Source: a candidate division WS6 bacterium OLB20 (GTDB lineage: Bacteria; Patescibacteriota; Dojkabacteria; B142; OLB20). Taken from it: a DNA stretch of 64,000 nucleotides. The DNA lies in the NCBI GenBank assembly GCA_001567355.1, contig JYNZ01000002.1, positions 135,477-199,476 on the forward strand, in the 5' to 3' direction. Positions 42,198 to 51,785 of this stretch are shown here, one piece after another. The notes below the pieces were generated by a model. It saw only the letters and a program-made list of their open reading frames with translations. It did not search any database and was not told where the DNA came from. The first letter of the stretch is position 1; each line of letters opens with the position of its first letter. A program made the translations under genes and the position numbers.

Positions 42198-43270
42198 TCC
42201 TGCCTGATATGTACTGTCTGGGTAGGGAACGCCATACTTATTCCGGCTTTCCTGAATTCCTCCAGCAACCGTACGTTAAACTGATGACGTTCTTCGATGT
42301 AAGTCTCGTATGCGGGGTCCTGAATGTGATAGAGGATCTCAAAGATAAGCGCACTGTCTCCGAAGAATTTAAGGTGGCATCTGCCTAACTCTGAGTTCTC
42401 AAGTTCATCAAAGATTTTACTCACGATTTTCTGAACCTTTTTTACCTTCTCAACCGGAGTGCCGTATTCGATGCCGAATGTGAAGATCTTGGTACGTTTT
42501 TCCAGTTCGGCAAAGTTGTTAATCCTCGTTGACGTCATCTCCTTGTTCGGGATGACGATCTCCTCACCGTTAAGGGACTTGATACGCGTGGATTTTACAC
42601 CGACATGTTTGATTTTTCCCATATCCTGACCGACAACGACAAAATCACCTTCCTTAAACGGTTTATCAAAGTAGATGGAAAAGAATGAGAAGATGTCCTC
42701 AAGCAGGCTCTGTACAGCAAATCCAATTGCAATACCAGCGATTCCAAGTCCTCCAAGGAGAGCTGACACATCAAATCCGATATTCTGCAGTACCATCAGA
42801 CCGGCAAGTGACCAGAGTAACAGGGTGGACAAGCCGATGATGAAACCGCTCACTGATTTTTCGTAAGCTGCGCCATCGCCCCTGGATCTGACGTAGCGTT
42901 CAACAGCATATCCGATAATCTTCTGAAACACTCCCACGCCATATAGCACTCCAAAGACTATCATCAGTATTGTTGCCATCTGTGACAGCCAGTCCGGACT
43001 CTGAGTGAGCCTTACAGCCGTATACAGAGAGACCACAATAAACAGTTTGCCGTCAAAACCGTCGACAATACGCAAAAACAGGTCATCTGCCGTAAACGGG
43101 CTCTTCCTGATAATTACACTGACACGTTTTTTGATGATCATTCTGATCAGATTCAGGATGATCAGCGTGGCAGTAAAAATAATCATGATCTGCAGCGGCA
43201 GAACGAGTTCGGCAGGAATTCCGGCAACCAGCCTGTCACTGAAAGTTCTAATTGTTGATGGAATGTTCAT
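42194..43270 (-). CDS. mechanosensitive ion channel (MscS family)
   Basis: TM3-like GLGIAGIAIGFAVQSLLEDIFSFFSIYFDKPFKEGDFVVVG...GKIKHVGVKSTRIK is the MscS signature. Confidence 0.85.
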   Translation of the reverse strand: MNIPSTIRTFSDRLVAGIPAELVLPLQIMIIFTATLIILNLIRMIIKKRVSVIIRKSPFTADDLFLRIVDGFDGKLFIVVSLYTAVRLTQSPDWLSQMATILMIVFGVLYGVGVFQKIIGYAVERYVRSRGDGAAYEKSVSGFIIGLSTLLLWSLAGLMVLQNIGFDVSALLGGLGIAGIAIGFAVQSLLEDIFSFFSIYFDKPFKEGDFVVVGQDMGKIKHVGVKSTRIKSLNGEEIVIPNKEMTSTRINNFAELEKRTKIFTFGIEYGTPVEKVKKVQKIVSKIFDELENSELGRCHLKFFGDSALIFEILYHIQDPAYETYIEERHQFNVRLLEEFRKAGISMAFPTQTVHIRQD

Positions 43271-43375
43271 GATATGAAGAGCAAAATAGAGTAACTGCTT
43301 ATACCTGTCAGACGTACGATATTATAACTGATTCTTTTAATCAACTCAGGTATTTGCTACTATTAGTCATATCTC

Positions 43376-44941
43376 ATGGCAGATAAGGGAACAGAACACA
43401 TACAAACCGGATCCGGTAGCAAGGCAACACGGAATATTGCTGTTGTGGTTCTGGGGCTTGCTGTTTTGTTTATGCTTCTGTTTCTGATCAGCAGAATCAA
43501 TGCTGATCCTGCAGACTCTGTGCAGCCCAATCCCGTTCCGACAGAATCTGCCCCAACCTCTTCACCGGTACCAAAGCGTTCCGTCTCAGTGTATCTGCTT
43601 GACGGTACACCCCGTCTTGAACGTGCCGGAATCGATGTCAGTGTTTATAACGGCATGCAGCTGTTTGAAGGGGATACGATCGATGCTGCTGACGCTGATC
43701 TTGTCATTACCATTGATAATCTCTACTTCGTCTCGCTACATGACGGAGCAGTGCTTACACTTGATATGCTCACTGCCGAGATGCCACCGGTTGTATCTGC
43801 AGATGGAGAATATGTCGTCAGGGTTCCACTCGATGATTCAAGCATCACCGTTAATGCTGTAGATGCAGCGATAGAACTTGATTCGCGTGATTTTGCCCTT
43901 GTGCGTCCTGATCTGGTTTTCAGTCAGCAGGGAAACATCCGTATTACTGCTGACGGAAAAAGCCTTACAGTGCCGGCAGAGAGCGCTTATGTGATAGAGA
44001 CGGGTGTTGTAGCAGCCGTGCAGCAGCCGCCAGAGCCCTGGCCTCTCTATCAACGGTGTCTTGACCAGTACTTCGCCGGATTCGACTATTCGACTGTCTC
44101 GGACGCAAAGGCTGCTGAAGCAGTATATTCAGAAGCAGACAGCTGTGCCGAGGTTCTGGGCACAGAGACGCGATCCGCGGCAGAAAACACCCGAACTGTT
44201 CCTGTGATAACAACACAACCGGCAGTTGTGACAGGCACGCCTGCACCCACAGCATCGCCAACTCCTGTTCAGCCCGCTATTCTCACAGCAGCAGCAACAT
44301 TTATCACGTCATCTGATTCGGTAAGCTGCTCATGGACAGTGACTGGTCAGGTACAGCAAAATCAGACGGTCATGTTCTCACTCTGGGAGTATCTCGAGGG
44401 TTCAACCGACCAGCTGGTGATCGACTGGGAAAATGCAACTCAGGGGCAGACAACAGCAGTGTTCGGTAATGCAGATGCAATAGGTCTTACCAATCAGCAT
44501 TCCTATTACTGCAAAGTGCAGCTTTTGACCGGTGCTGACTCTGCATTCAAACAGTCAGAAAAATTCTACTACGATCTGTCGCACGGATTGCTTAATGTAG
44601 CAGTACCGGCGGGTGCGTTTAATGGTGAGATCGAGGGTGATGGTGAGTTTCATGATATGGATATCGATGACGTACGTGTTCGCTTTTTCCTGCGGCAGAA
44701 CCAGCCCGATACAGCCAATTACGGCAAGTACTGTATCGGATCAGACAGCTGGTCGTCAGCCCAGACCTGGATTGAGGCACCGCTGGTTGTGTCGATCAAC
44801 CACCTGTTCCTGTTTAACAAGGATGCCTTTTCATGTCATGATCAGGGCGCATACGAGCAGGCAACGTTTATGATCCAGATGCTCAACAGACGGACAGGAG
44901 CCATTCTCTATGAACATACGTTCCCGGTTGTCCTTGACTGA
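43376..44941 (+). CDS. 521-aa membrane-anchored surface hypothetical protein
   Basis: An N-terminal TM and PT linker, with Ig/FN3-like beta-rich composition. Confidence 0.45.
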   Translation: MADKGTEHIQTGSGSKATRNIAVVVLGLAVLFMLLFLISRINADPADSVQPNPVPTESAPTSSPVPKRSVSVYLLDGTPRLERAGIDVSVYNGMQLFEGDTIDAADADLVITIDNLYFVSLHDGAVLTLDMLTAEMPPVVSADGEYVVRVPLDDSSITVNAVDAAIELDSRDFALVRPDLVFSQQGNIRITADGKSLTVPAESAYVIETGVVAAVQQPPEPWPLYQRCLDQYFAGFDYSTVSDAKAAEAVYSEADSCAEVLGTETRSAAENTRTVPVITTQPAVVTGTPAPTASPTPVQPAILTAAATFITSSDSVSCSWTVTGQVQQNQTVMFSLWEYLEGSTDQLVIDWENATQGQTTAVFGNADAIGLTNQHSYYCKVQLLTGADSAFKQSEKFYYDLSHGLLNVAVPAGAFNGEIEGDGEFHDMDIDDVRVRFFLRQNQPDTANYGKYCIGSDSWSSAQTWIEAPLVVSINHLFLFNKDAFSCHDQGAYEQATFMIQMLNRRTGAILYEHTFPVVLD

Positions 44942-44995
44942 AGTTGTGTAACTGCCGCCCGGTATACTACAATAACCAGAATTCATATCGCATCC

Positions 44996-45283
44996 ATGAA
45001 GAAGTCCGAATCAGATCTGCAGGAACTTGCCAAGGCTGTTCTGCAACTCCGCGATGAAAAAGAGATTACCGCGTTCCTGAAAGATATACTTACAAGCTCC
45101 GAACGTGAGACAGTTCTGTTGCGCTGGAAGGTCGCAAAGCTGCTTGATGAGGGCGTTCCCTACACCCAGATTGAACGAGAGACAGGTGCAAGCTCTGCAA
45201 CCATCGCAAAAGTGAGCGAATTTTTAAAGTACGGTTACGACGGATACCGGATGGCACTTGACCGTTACAACAGACGACGATGA
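44996..45283 (+). CDS. TrpR-like YerC/YecD family DNA-binding protein
   Basis: 95 aa; ELAKAVLQLRDEKEITAFLKDILTSSERETVLLRWKVAKLLDEGVPYTQIERETGASSATIAKVS matches PF01371. Confidence 0.8.
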   Translation: MKKSESDLQELAKAVLQLRDEKEITAFLKDILTSSERETVLLRWKVAKLLDEGVPYTQIERETGASSATIAKVSEFLKYGYDGYRMALDRYNRRR

Positions 45284-46575
45284 ACAGACCACAGACACTT
45301 AAAGGTTTTCGTGATTTTTTTGGCGATCAGCTGCGGCTGCGCAAGCAGGTGTTTAATGTTTTTGAACAGCTGTTCCGTGAATATGGATTTGAAGGACTTG
45401 AGACTCCGGCTCTTGAGTATGCTGATGTCCTGCTTGGTAAATACGGTGAAGACGAAAAACTTGTCTACCGTTTTACCGATTCGGGCGAGCGGGATGTTGC
45501 GATGCGCTATGACCTGACTGTCCCTACAGCCCGCGTCCTGGCTCAGTATCAGCATGAGCTGCCCTCACCATGGAAGCGCTACCAGATCCAGCCCGTCTGG
45601 CGTGCAGATAATACACAGCGTGGTCGTTATCGGGAGTTTTATCAGCTCGATGCTGATGTCTTCGGATCAAGCGAAATGATGGTGGAGGCGGAGCTGATGC
45701 TGCTGGGTAACAAAGCGTTGAGCAGGCTTGGGTTTGATTCTTACCGGCTTCGTGTTAACAGTCGCAAGGTTCTTAACGCGATTGCGTCATATTCCGGCAA
45801 GCCGGGCAAATTCGCTGACATTGTTTCTGCGGTTGATAAGTGGGATAAACGTACGCCTGAAGAGACCAGACTGGACCTGATAAACAGACTCGGGGACGAA
45901 CAGGCAGCTGACAGGGTATTGCAGGTTGTCTCCGTCAGCGGGGATAATAACGAAGTACTGAGCACGCTTTCAGAGCTGCTTGCGGACATTCCTGAAGGAG
46001 TTGAGGGTATCAGCGAGATGCGCGAAATAGTTACCCTGACCGGAGATCCTGACTGGCTTGCTGTAGACCCGGTTATTGCACGCGGACTTGCCTACTACAC
46101 AGGCCCGGTATGGGAGTGGGAGATCAGCGACGGCAATATTGGATCTGTAGGAGGAGGAGGTCGCTACGACTGTCTTGTCGCATCACTTGGAGGACCTGAT
46201 ATGCCGGCAGCCGGAACATCATTTGGTATTGAACGCCTGCTTGATATCATGCAGGAACGAAATATGAGCATTGCACAGGGGCCTATCACAACGCAGGTAC
46301 TCGTGACTGTTATGTCAGAAGAACTTGCCGCAGCTTCGCTCGCAATAGCTGAAGAACTACGTGATAAGGGACTTACCGTGTCTCTGTATCCGCAGGTTCG
46401 TAAACTCGGCAAACAGCTGGATTATGCTAATAAAAACAGTATTCCGTTTGTTGTCATAGCAGGCGAGGATGAGGTTAAAGCAGACGAAGTGGTGCTGAAG
46501 GATATGACAGGCGGGACCCAGGAGTCAGTGAGACGAGCGGGTCTGGCTGATTTCATCCGTGCCCGTGTTGACTAA
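45280..46575 (+). CDS. hisS: histidine--tRNA ligase
   Basis: TLKGFRDFFGDQ (motif 1 region), the HisA box RYDLTVPTAR, WKRYQIQPVWRADNTQRGRYREFYQLDADVFG, motif 3 GGGRYD, and a C-terminal anticodon-binding domain. Confidence 0.9.
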   Translation: MNRPQTLKGFRDFFGDQLRLRKQVFNVFEQLFREYGFEGLETPALEYADVLLGKYGEDEKLVYRFTDSGERDVAMRYDLTVPTARVLAQYQHELPSPWKRYQIQPVWRADNTQRGRYREFYQLDADVFGSSEMMVEAELMLLGNKALSRLGFDSYRLRVNSRKVLNAIASYSGKPGKFADIVSAVDKWDKRTPEETRLDLINRLGDEQAADRVLQVVSVSGDNNEVLSTLSELLADIPEGVEGISEMREIVTLTGDPDWLAVDPVIARGLAYYTGPVWEWEISDGNIGSVGGGGRYDCLVASLGGPDMPAAGTSFGIERLLDIMQERNMSIAQGPITTQVLVTVMSEELAAASLAIAEELRDKGLTVSLYPQVRKLGKQLDYANKNSIPFVVIAGEDEVKADEVVLKDMTGGTQESVRRAGLADFIRARVD

Positions 46576-46624
46576 GCATACATATTCCGTGATAATTCAC
46601 TATCTTACTTAACTCAGATTTTCC

Positions 46625-47251
46625 ATGAACAAGAAAGTTGTTCTTATTGTCGGAGGATTGCTGCTTGTCTGCTGTCTTTTGACGCTGTGTGTAATGTTCG
46701 TGCTTCCTGCAGTCGGTGTTTCACTGCTGGAAAACCTTAATTTCAGCTCATCTTCAACCGTCACTGTTGGTGACTATGAACAGATCAACGTCAGCCGTGA
46801 TCCAGCTGCAGACGAGACAAGATATGAGAGCGATGATCTTGGTTACTCACTGATTCTTCCCTCTGACTGGGATGTTACCGAGACTTCAAGCTCCGCAGCC
46901 GAATTCTCTGACCCTGAAGGCAGCAGCTCAATCAATTTTGAAGCATTTGAAGATCCTGCGTTCAGCCTGATTACTGATATCAACCAGGAGTTCTGTGATT
47001 CGTTCGGCGAGGGCTTCCGCTCAGGACTGCAGCTTGGCGCAGACGAGCAGGATAAGTTTCAGTTTGAACTGTTTTCACTGAACGGAAACGTGGGATGCCG
47101 TTCTGAAGGATCGATCTTTGAGGGAATCACTCAGCGGTACTATGTGTTCTTCAATGATGCAAACAGCAAGGTCTACTCAATCTTCTATACTGCATCTGAT
47201 GACGGCAGTGACAAAGAGGCTGGAGAAATCATGAACACGTTCAGCTTCTAG
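46625..47251 (+). CDS. secreted/anchored hypothetical protein (paralogous domain to the 38439 gene)
   Basis: A signal/TM, and GYSLILPSDWDVTET similar to GFTIRYPESWKVTET. Confidence 0.45.
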   Translation: MNKKVVLIVGGLLLVCCLLTLCVMFVLPAVGVSLLENLNFSSSSTVTVGDYEQINVSRDPAADETRYESDDLGYSLILPSDWDVTETSSSAAEFSDPEGSSSINFEAFEDPAFSLITDINQEFCDSFGEGFRSGLQLGADEQDKFQFELFSLNGNVGCRSEGSIFEGITQRYYVFFNDANSKVYSIFYTASDDGSDKEAGEIMNTFSF

Positions 47252-47269
47252 GATACAAACGGATATTAA

Positions 47270-47299
47270 AGGGCCCTGCGCATGCGGGGCCTTTTTTTT
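47270..47299. terminator. bidirectional rho-independent terminator between convergent genes
   Basis: A GC-rich hairpin gggccctgcgcatgcggggcc followed by a T8 run. Confidence 0.6.
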
Positions 47300-48359
47300 A
47301 TGCGACAATTCCGCCACCCAGGCATTCGTCACCACTGTAGATCACCACACTCTGGCCCGGGGCAACCGCCCGCACAGGCTGATCGAAATTAAAGGTTGAT
47401 CCAGTGAGATCTCCGCTAACCGGTGTCTGTCTGTATCTCACTGAAGCGGCAAGGCTGTCCTGTGGTCTGTCAGTTATCCAGTGCAGATCAGTCAGTTCTG
47501 CCTCTGTTTTGAAAAGTGCAGGATGGTCTGACCCCATGACGACCAGCAGTTCATTGCTGTCTTCACGCTTGTCTGCAACATAATATGGTTTTGCTGCACC
47601 CCCGATACCCAGACCCTCACGCTGACCGATTGTATAAAACTCTATCCCGTCGTGCTCGCCGACAATCTCACCGCTGTCCAGATCGCGGATGACGCCCGTA
47701 TGTACCCTTATACCCGAACGCATAAATGCTCTGACGTTGATGTCTCCAATAAAACAGATACCCTGGCTGTCTTTTTTTTCTGCCGTAGCCAGGCCAAACT
47801 TTTTTGCAAGCGTGCGGATCTCGGGTTTTGTATATTCACCGACAGGGAAGAGTGTCTTTGCTAGCTGCTCCTGTGTAAGCCGGTGTAAAAAGTAACTCTG
47901 GTCTTTTGCCGTGTCTTTTCCCTTCAGCAGATGAAATCCGCTTTCGTCCTGTCTGATGCGGGCATAGTGTCCTGTTGCGATCAGATCAGCACCTTTTGCA
48001 AGCGCTCGCTCAAGAAACAGTGAAAATTTGATCTCACGATTGCACATTACGTCAGGGTTTGGTGTACGGCCTGCCCGGAGTTCCTCAAAAAAGTACCCTA
48101 CGACACGCTCACGGTATTCTTTTTCAAAGTTGAACGTCATGAACGGGATATCGAGCTGACTACAGACGGCTTCAACGTCCTTCTGGTCCTGTTCCCACGG
48201 ACAGTCAGCCTGGATTCCGTAGCTGTCTCCGGACCAGTTTTTCATAAAGACACCGGTAAGCCCGTAACCCTGTTCCTTCAGAAGAGCAGCAGCCACAGAA
48301 CTGTCCACACCACCTGACATGGCTACAAATACATGTGTGCTGGAATGTGACCCGTCCAT
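47298..48359 (-). CDS. mnmA: tRNA-specific 2-thiouridylase
   Basis: The PP-loop VAMSGGVDSSV, NPDVMCNREIKF, and a C-terminal domain, over 353 aa. Confidence 0.9.
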   Translation of the reverse strand: MDGSHSSTHVFVAMSGGVDSSVAAALLKEQGYGLTGVFMKNWSGDSYGIQADCPWEQDQKDVEAVCSQLDIPFMTFNFEKEYRERVVGYFFEELRAGRTPNPDVMCNREIKFSLFLERALAKGADLIATGHYARIRQDESGFHLLKGKDTAKDQSYFLHRLTQEQLAKTLFPVGEYTKPEIRTLAKKFGLATAEKKDSQGICFIGDINVRAFMRSGIRVHTGVIRDLDSGEIVGEHDGIEFYTIGQREGLGIGGAAKPYYVADKREDSNELLVVMGSDHPALFKTEAELTDLHWITDRPQDSLAASVRYRQTPVSGDLTGSTFNFDQPVRAVAPGQSVVIYSGDECLGGGIVA

Positions 48360-48374
48360 CTGCAGATTATACCA

Positions 48375-49427
48375 CTAGAACAGGCGGGTTTCGGGGTAGT
48401 GATCAGCCCAGACATACCAGTACATGCTGTACAGCTGGATCTCGGGCTGGATCTGTCCGTTGACTTTAAGGAGCGGATACCCTGCCGTGTGATCAATCTC
48501 AAACAGCTGTCCGCCCAGTTTGATCACAGCAGAGCCCTCCTGTACGAGGGTATCGAGGGGAACGGCGTAACTCCCGTTATTATAGGTAAAACCCACGATT
48601 CGTTCTTTGGGTGGTATTTCGTTTCTGACATTGAGAACTGGGCCAAGAACAGTGTTTGAACGGTCAAATTGCAGAAATGCAGGAAGGGTGTAGTTGAGAT
48701 TGTAACCTGTTACAAATGTAGCGGTCTGCGCATCAGGAAACAGGTCCCTGGCATCAGCAAAGCTCCCCCGCCAGACCTCGATCCGGTCAAGTGTGGCACC
48801 GGTCAGCGGTCCTGCAAGCGCCTTGCCGGTCAGATGCGACCAGTATGTCCTGTGTCCAAGATCATAAAGCAGGTCAGCATTACGGTAAATGATACCCGAT
48901 GTGTGCATGTCCATAATCTCGTTTTTATAGACGCGTTCAAAGGCCGTGACAGAATCGCAGGTGAAGCAGTAACTGACAGCTACAGGTATGCCTGCCAGTG
49001 TGTCGTTCACCAGCGCGTGCTTCTCGAGCAGGCGCAACGGGTACATCCGGCTTTCTCCTTCGACAGTGATGACAATCATTGTGTCACTGTCGCTGAGACA
49101 GGTCACAAGATCTTCAGGGTCTGCAAGCTGCGGATCTGTCACTGGAATGACCTGCTCGGTGTAGCCGTTGATCTCAGCTGTCTGTTTTTCAAAGTCAAAC
49201 GATGATATCTCGGGATCAGGGTCGAGTACCGGGGGGATATAGGCTCGAGCTTCCTCAGCAGAGGTTGTCGGGCAGCTGAAAAAGGTCTGTTCGGACAGAA
49301 TCGATTCGTCCCCGCCGCGCCCGATGGTCGTGAGGATTGCTATCCCCAGGGTAAAGAGTGCCACAACGGTCCATATCCTGTTTGTCAGGCCAAAAATACT
49401 ACTGGCACGATCTGTGATTGAGGCCAT
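48375..49427 (-). CDS. membrane-anchored DUF3179-like protein
   Basis: An N-terminal TM. NDTLAGIPVAVSYCFTCDSVTAF...YWYVWADHYPETRLF resembles PF11376. Confidence 0.45.
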   Translation of the reverse strand: MASITDRASSIFGLTNRIWTVVALFTLGIAILTTIGRGGDESILSEQTFFSCPTTSAEEARAYIPPVLDPDPEISSFDFEKQTAEINGYTEQVIPVTDPQLADPEDLVTCLSDSDTMIVITVEGESRMYPLRLLEKHALVNDTLAGIPVAVSYCFTCDSVTAFERVYKNEIMDMHTSGIIYRNADLLYDLGHRTYWSHLTGKALAGPLTGATLDRIEVWRGSFADARDLFPDAQTATFVTGYNLNYTLPAFLQFDRSNTVLGPVLNVRNEIPPKERIVGFTYNNGSYAVPLDTLVQEGSAVIKLGGQLFEIDHTAGYPLLKVNGQIQPEIQLYSMYWYVWADHYPETRLF

Positions 49428-49481
49428 GTGGAAAATAGTCAGATACGATACAATACTAGCACTTGTTAGATACCCGGTACA

Positions 49482-49895
49482 ATGAAACGGATCACCCTTT
49501 ACCGCTTCGGCCCTGCAGCCTCAGAGTTGCGCGAGCTTGAAAACCACTACCTGAAGCTGATTGCCCGCTACGCTAAGGTTGAGGTAAGGACATTAAAGGA
49601 TCCCGGTTGTATAGTCAGTGAAGAACATCTGCCTGCAGGTGATCTGATTATCCTGTCAGAGCATGGACGCGAGTACACAACTGCTGAGTTCTCCGATCTT
49701 GTTTTTGCAGGTCAGCAGACAGATCTGACCTTTGTTCTCGGAAACGCATTCGGTTTTGACGCTGAACTCAGAAAGTCGGCAAAGATGCTGTCACTGTCAA
49801 AACTGACCATTGCCCATGATCTGGCCTGGGCAGTATTCCTGGAACAGCTGTACAGGGCGGGTAATCTGCATGCAGGAGGTCATTACCATAAATGA
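49482..49895 (+). CDS. rlmH: 23S rRNA (pseudouridine1915-N3)-methyltransferase
   Basis: SPOUT-fold RlmH motifs LSLSKLTIAHDLAWAVFLEQLYRA, over 137 aa. Confidence 0.8.
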   Translation: MKRITLYRFGPAASELRELENHYLKLIARYAKVEVRTLKDPGCIVSEEHLPAGDLIILSEHGREYTTAEFSDLVFAGQQTDLTFVLGNAFGFDAELRKSAKMLSLSKLTIAHDLAWAVFLEQLYRAGNLHAGGHYHK

Positions 49896-50585
49896 TCAGC
49901 TGACAGGCTCCTTTGTCAGCAGCAGAGCATCAACCAGTGTACGCATTGCAAGCGAGCCGCGAGGAGGTCCGCAGAACTGCATTCGCAGTTTTGATACGGG
50001 AGAGGCACCGGTATAAAAACCGGTTGCCTGGGGTGAGACTTCAAAAAACTCGCTTGTAACATAGGTGTATTTGTATCCTTTGTAGTAAACGATTATCTCG
50101 TCACCGTTTTCAAGCTGATCAAGATAGGTGAACCATGCGTTTTCTTCGACCGCCCTGGTCTCATCACCCACAGCATGAGCAAACAGATAGGTAATACCGA
50201 TCTGATCGGGTGTGGCAGTGAACATGCCGTGTGATATCCCCTGTTCCCATGAATTGACATACAGCTGTTTGTCACGGGGATCTACATTGAGCACAACGGG
50301 TTTAAACAGGCCGATCTTATCAATGCGAAGATAAAATCCCTGGGGATCGATTGTGTCCTCAGTAACTTCTGCAAAAACATCCTTGTCTGCCGCAATCAGA
50401 TAGTCGGCATCCAGCTGCCCGGCTCCTGTCTGGGTTGCGTCTATCGCTGCAATGTTACTGCCGGATGCAACAAAGGTATTGTTAAGGGCGGGCTGCTGTT
50501 TTGTCGAAAACTGAATGACCGATGCACCGAGAAAGGCCAGTGATGCAATTGCAAATATTACGCTGATCTTGAGGAGCGTTTCCAT
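49896..50585 (-). CDS. sortase family transpeptidase (second copy)
   Basis: An N-terminal TM, with His (LFAHAVGD), Cys (LRMQFCGPP) and Arg (AMRTLVDALL) in the same order as the 16382 sortase. Confidence 0.55.
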   Translation of the reverse strand: METLLKISVIFAIASLAFLGASVIQFSTKQQPALNNTFVASGSNIAAIDATQTGAGQLDADYLIAADKDVFAEVTEDTIDPQGFYLRIDKIGLFKPVVLNVDPRDKQLYVNSWEQGISHGMFTATPDQIGITYLFAHAVGDETRAVEENAWFTYLDQLENGDEIIVYYKGYKYTYVTSEFFEVSPQATGFYTGASPVSKLRMQFCGPPRGSLAMRTLVDALLLTKEPVS

Positions 50586-51334
50586 CAGATCTCACCGTCA
50601 ATCCCGGGTATTATGTCAATCCCGGCATCACCAAGATAGACACTGGGCAGTTGCCTGAATGAGCGCAGATCCTGTGTAAACCGCTTTGTCACCGGTTCTG
50701 TACTGTCCGGCGTATAGACTGTAATCAGCACATCAGCAGTCGATCTGAATGAAAAAACCTCGTCAAGCGAGTCATCAAGCAGATTGGCCAGATTCAGCTG
50801 GTATCCGCCGCTTTCGTTGATTCTTGCAGCTCTGCGCTGAGAGCGGGAATCGCCGTTAAGAAGCTCGATCACGACTATACCGCTCTGCTGAAAGGTAACT
50901 CCGTCCTTAGAAAACACCTGACCGTAGACAAGAAAGTTGTCACGCGACGTGATGTCACGTGTGGCGGTCTTTGCCCGGTAGGTTGATCCGTCTTCGGGAT
51001 ACGTTACACCGTCAGATGTGATTGTGAATGCATATTCTGTACCTGCATTCAGATCGGGTAGGGTTACAGCATGAGATGTGGACGGACCCTCCTCGACAAA
51101 CGGTTTTCCATCCAGGACGATCCCGCCTGTCACTGCTTTTTCTGTGGTCCAGGTTACAAGTACTGATGTAGCAGTCTGACTGCTGATGATGATATTTGCA
51201 GGACGGTCGCTTTCAAAGGCGCTGATCCTGATATCGAGGTTACCGCTCTGCAGAATACCCAGGGTCAGCGGTATTGAAGCTGCAATCACGGCAACAAGAA
51301 TCAATGACAGAAAGGTGCGGTTTTTCTTGTTCAT
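50585..51334 (-). CDS. secreted FN3-like domain protein co-transcribed with the sortase
   Basis: A signal anchor, and an FN3-like SATSVLVTWTTEKAVTGGIVL...GTEYAFTI. It overlaps the sortase start by 1 nt. Confidence 0.45.
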   Translation of the reverse strand: MNKKNRTFLSLILVAVIAASIPLTLGILQSGNLDIRISAFESDRPANIIISSQTATSVLVTWTTEKAVTGGIVLDGKPFVEEGPSTSHAVTLPDLNAGTEYAFTITSDGVTYPEDGSTYRAKTATRDITSRDNFLVYGQVFSKDGVTFQQSGIVVIELLNGDSRSQRRAARINESGGYQLNLANLLDDSLDEVFSFRSTADVLITVYTPDSTEPVTKRFTQDLRSFRQLPSVYLGDAGIDIIPGIDGEI

Positions 51335-51374
51335 GCCTATACTGTACCTGAAGATAAACTGTTATGAAAGTGCT

Positions 51375-51605
51375 ATGGACATCACTCCCGGTATCTACCG
51401 CCATTACAAGAATAAACTGTACCGTGTACATTTTGTAGCACTGCACAGCGAAACTCAGGAGCAACTGGTAGTGTATGAGAGTCTGTATGACAACGAGACT
51501 TCGAGATTCTGGGTACGGCCACTGAAAATGTTTACAGAATCGGTAGTTGTTGATGGTATCGAGACTAAGCGGTTTACAAAGATCGAGCCGGATGAGGACT
51601 TGTGA
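51375..51605 (+). CDS. DUF1653 domain protein
   Basis: GIYRHYKNKLYRVHFVALHSETQEQLVVYESLYDNETSRFWVRPLKMFTESV matches PF07866. Confidence 0.7.
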   Translation: MDITPGIYRHYKNKLYRVHFVALHSETQEQLVVYESLYDNETSRFWVRPLKMFTESVVVDGIETKRFTKIEPDEDL

Positions 51606-51619
51606 TTTTACCTGTAATA

Positions 51620-51775
51620 CGTTAGTATTCAGGGTAAGCGAGCGGTAGACAGTGCAAGACCGCAGTTAGAGTGACAACAACAGAACAGACTTTTTTAAAA
51701 GCGCCATCTGGAACAGGGGTGGTACCGCGTGAAAGCGTCCCCTGAGTAACAGGTGGCGCTTTTTTTATTTTTTAT
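51620..51775 (+). promoter_or_regulatory. T-box riboswitch leader (short form: Stem I plus antiterminator/terminator) upstream of the Asp/AsnRS gene
   Basis: aacaGGGGTGGTACCGCGtgaaag matches the T-box core AGGGUGGNACCGCG. It is embedded in a terminator hairpin (agcgccatctg...caggtggcgct) followed by tttttttattttttt. An AGAGTGA (AG-bulge/distal-loop-like) motif lies upstream, and the whole element sits directly 5' of an aaRS gene. Confidence 0.6.
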
Positions 51776-51785
51776 AGATGTCAGT

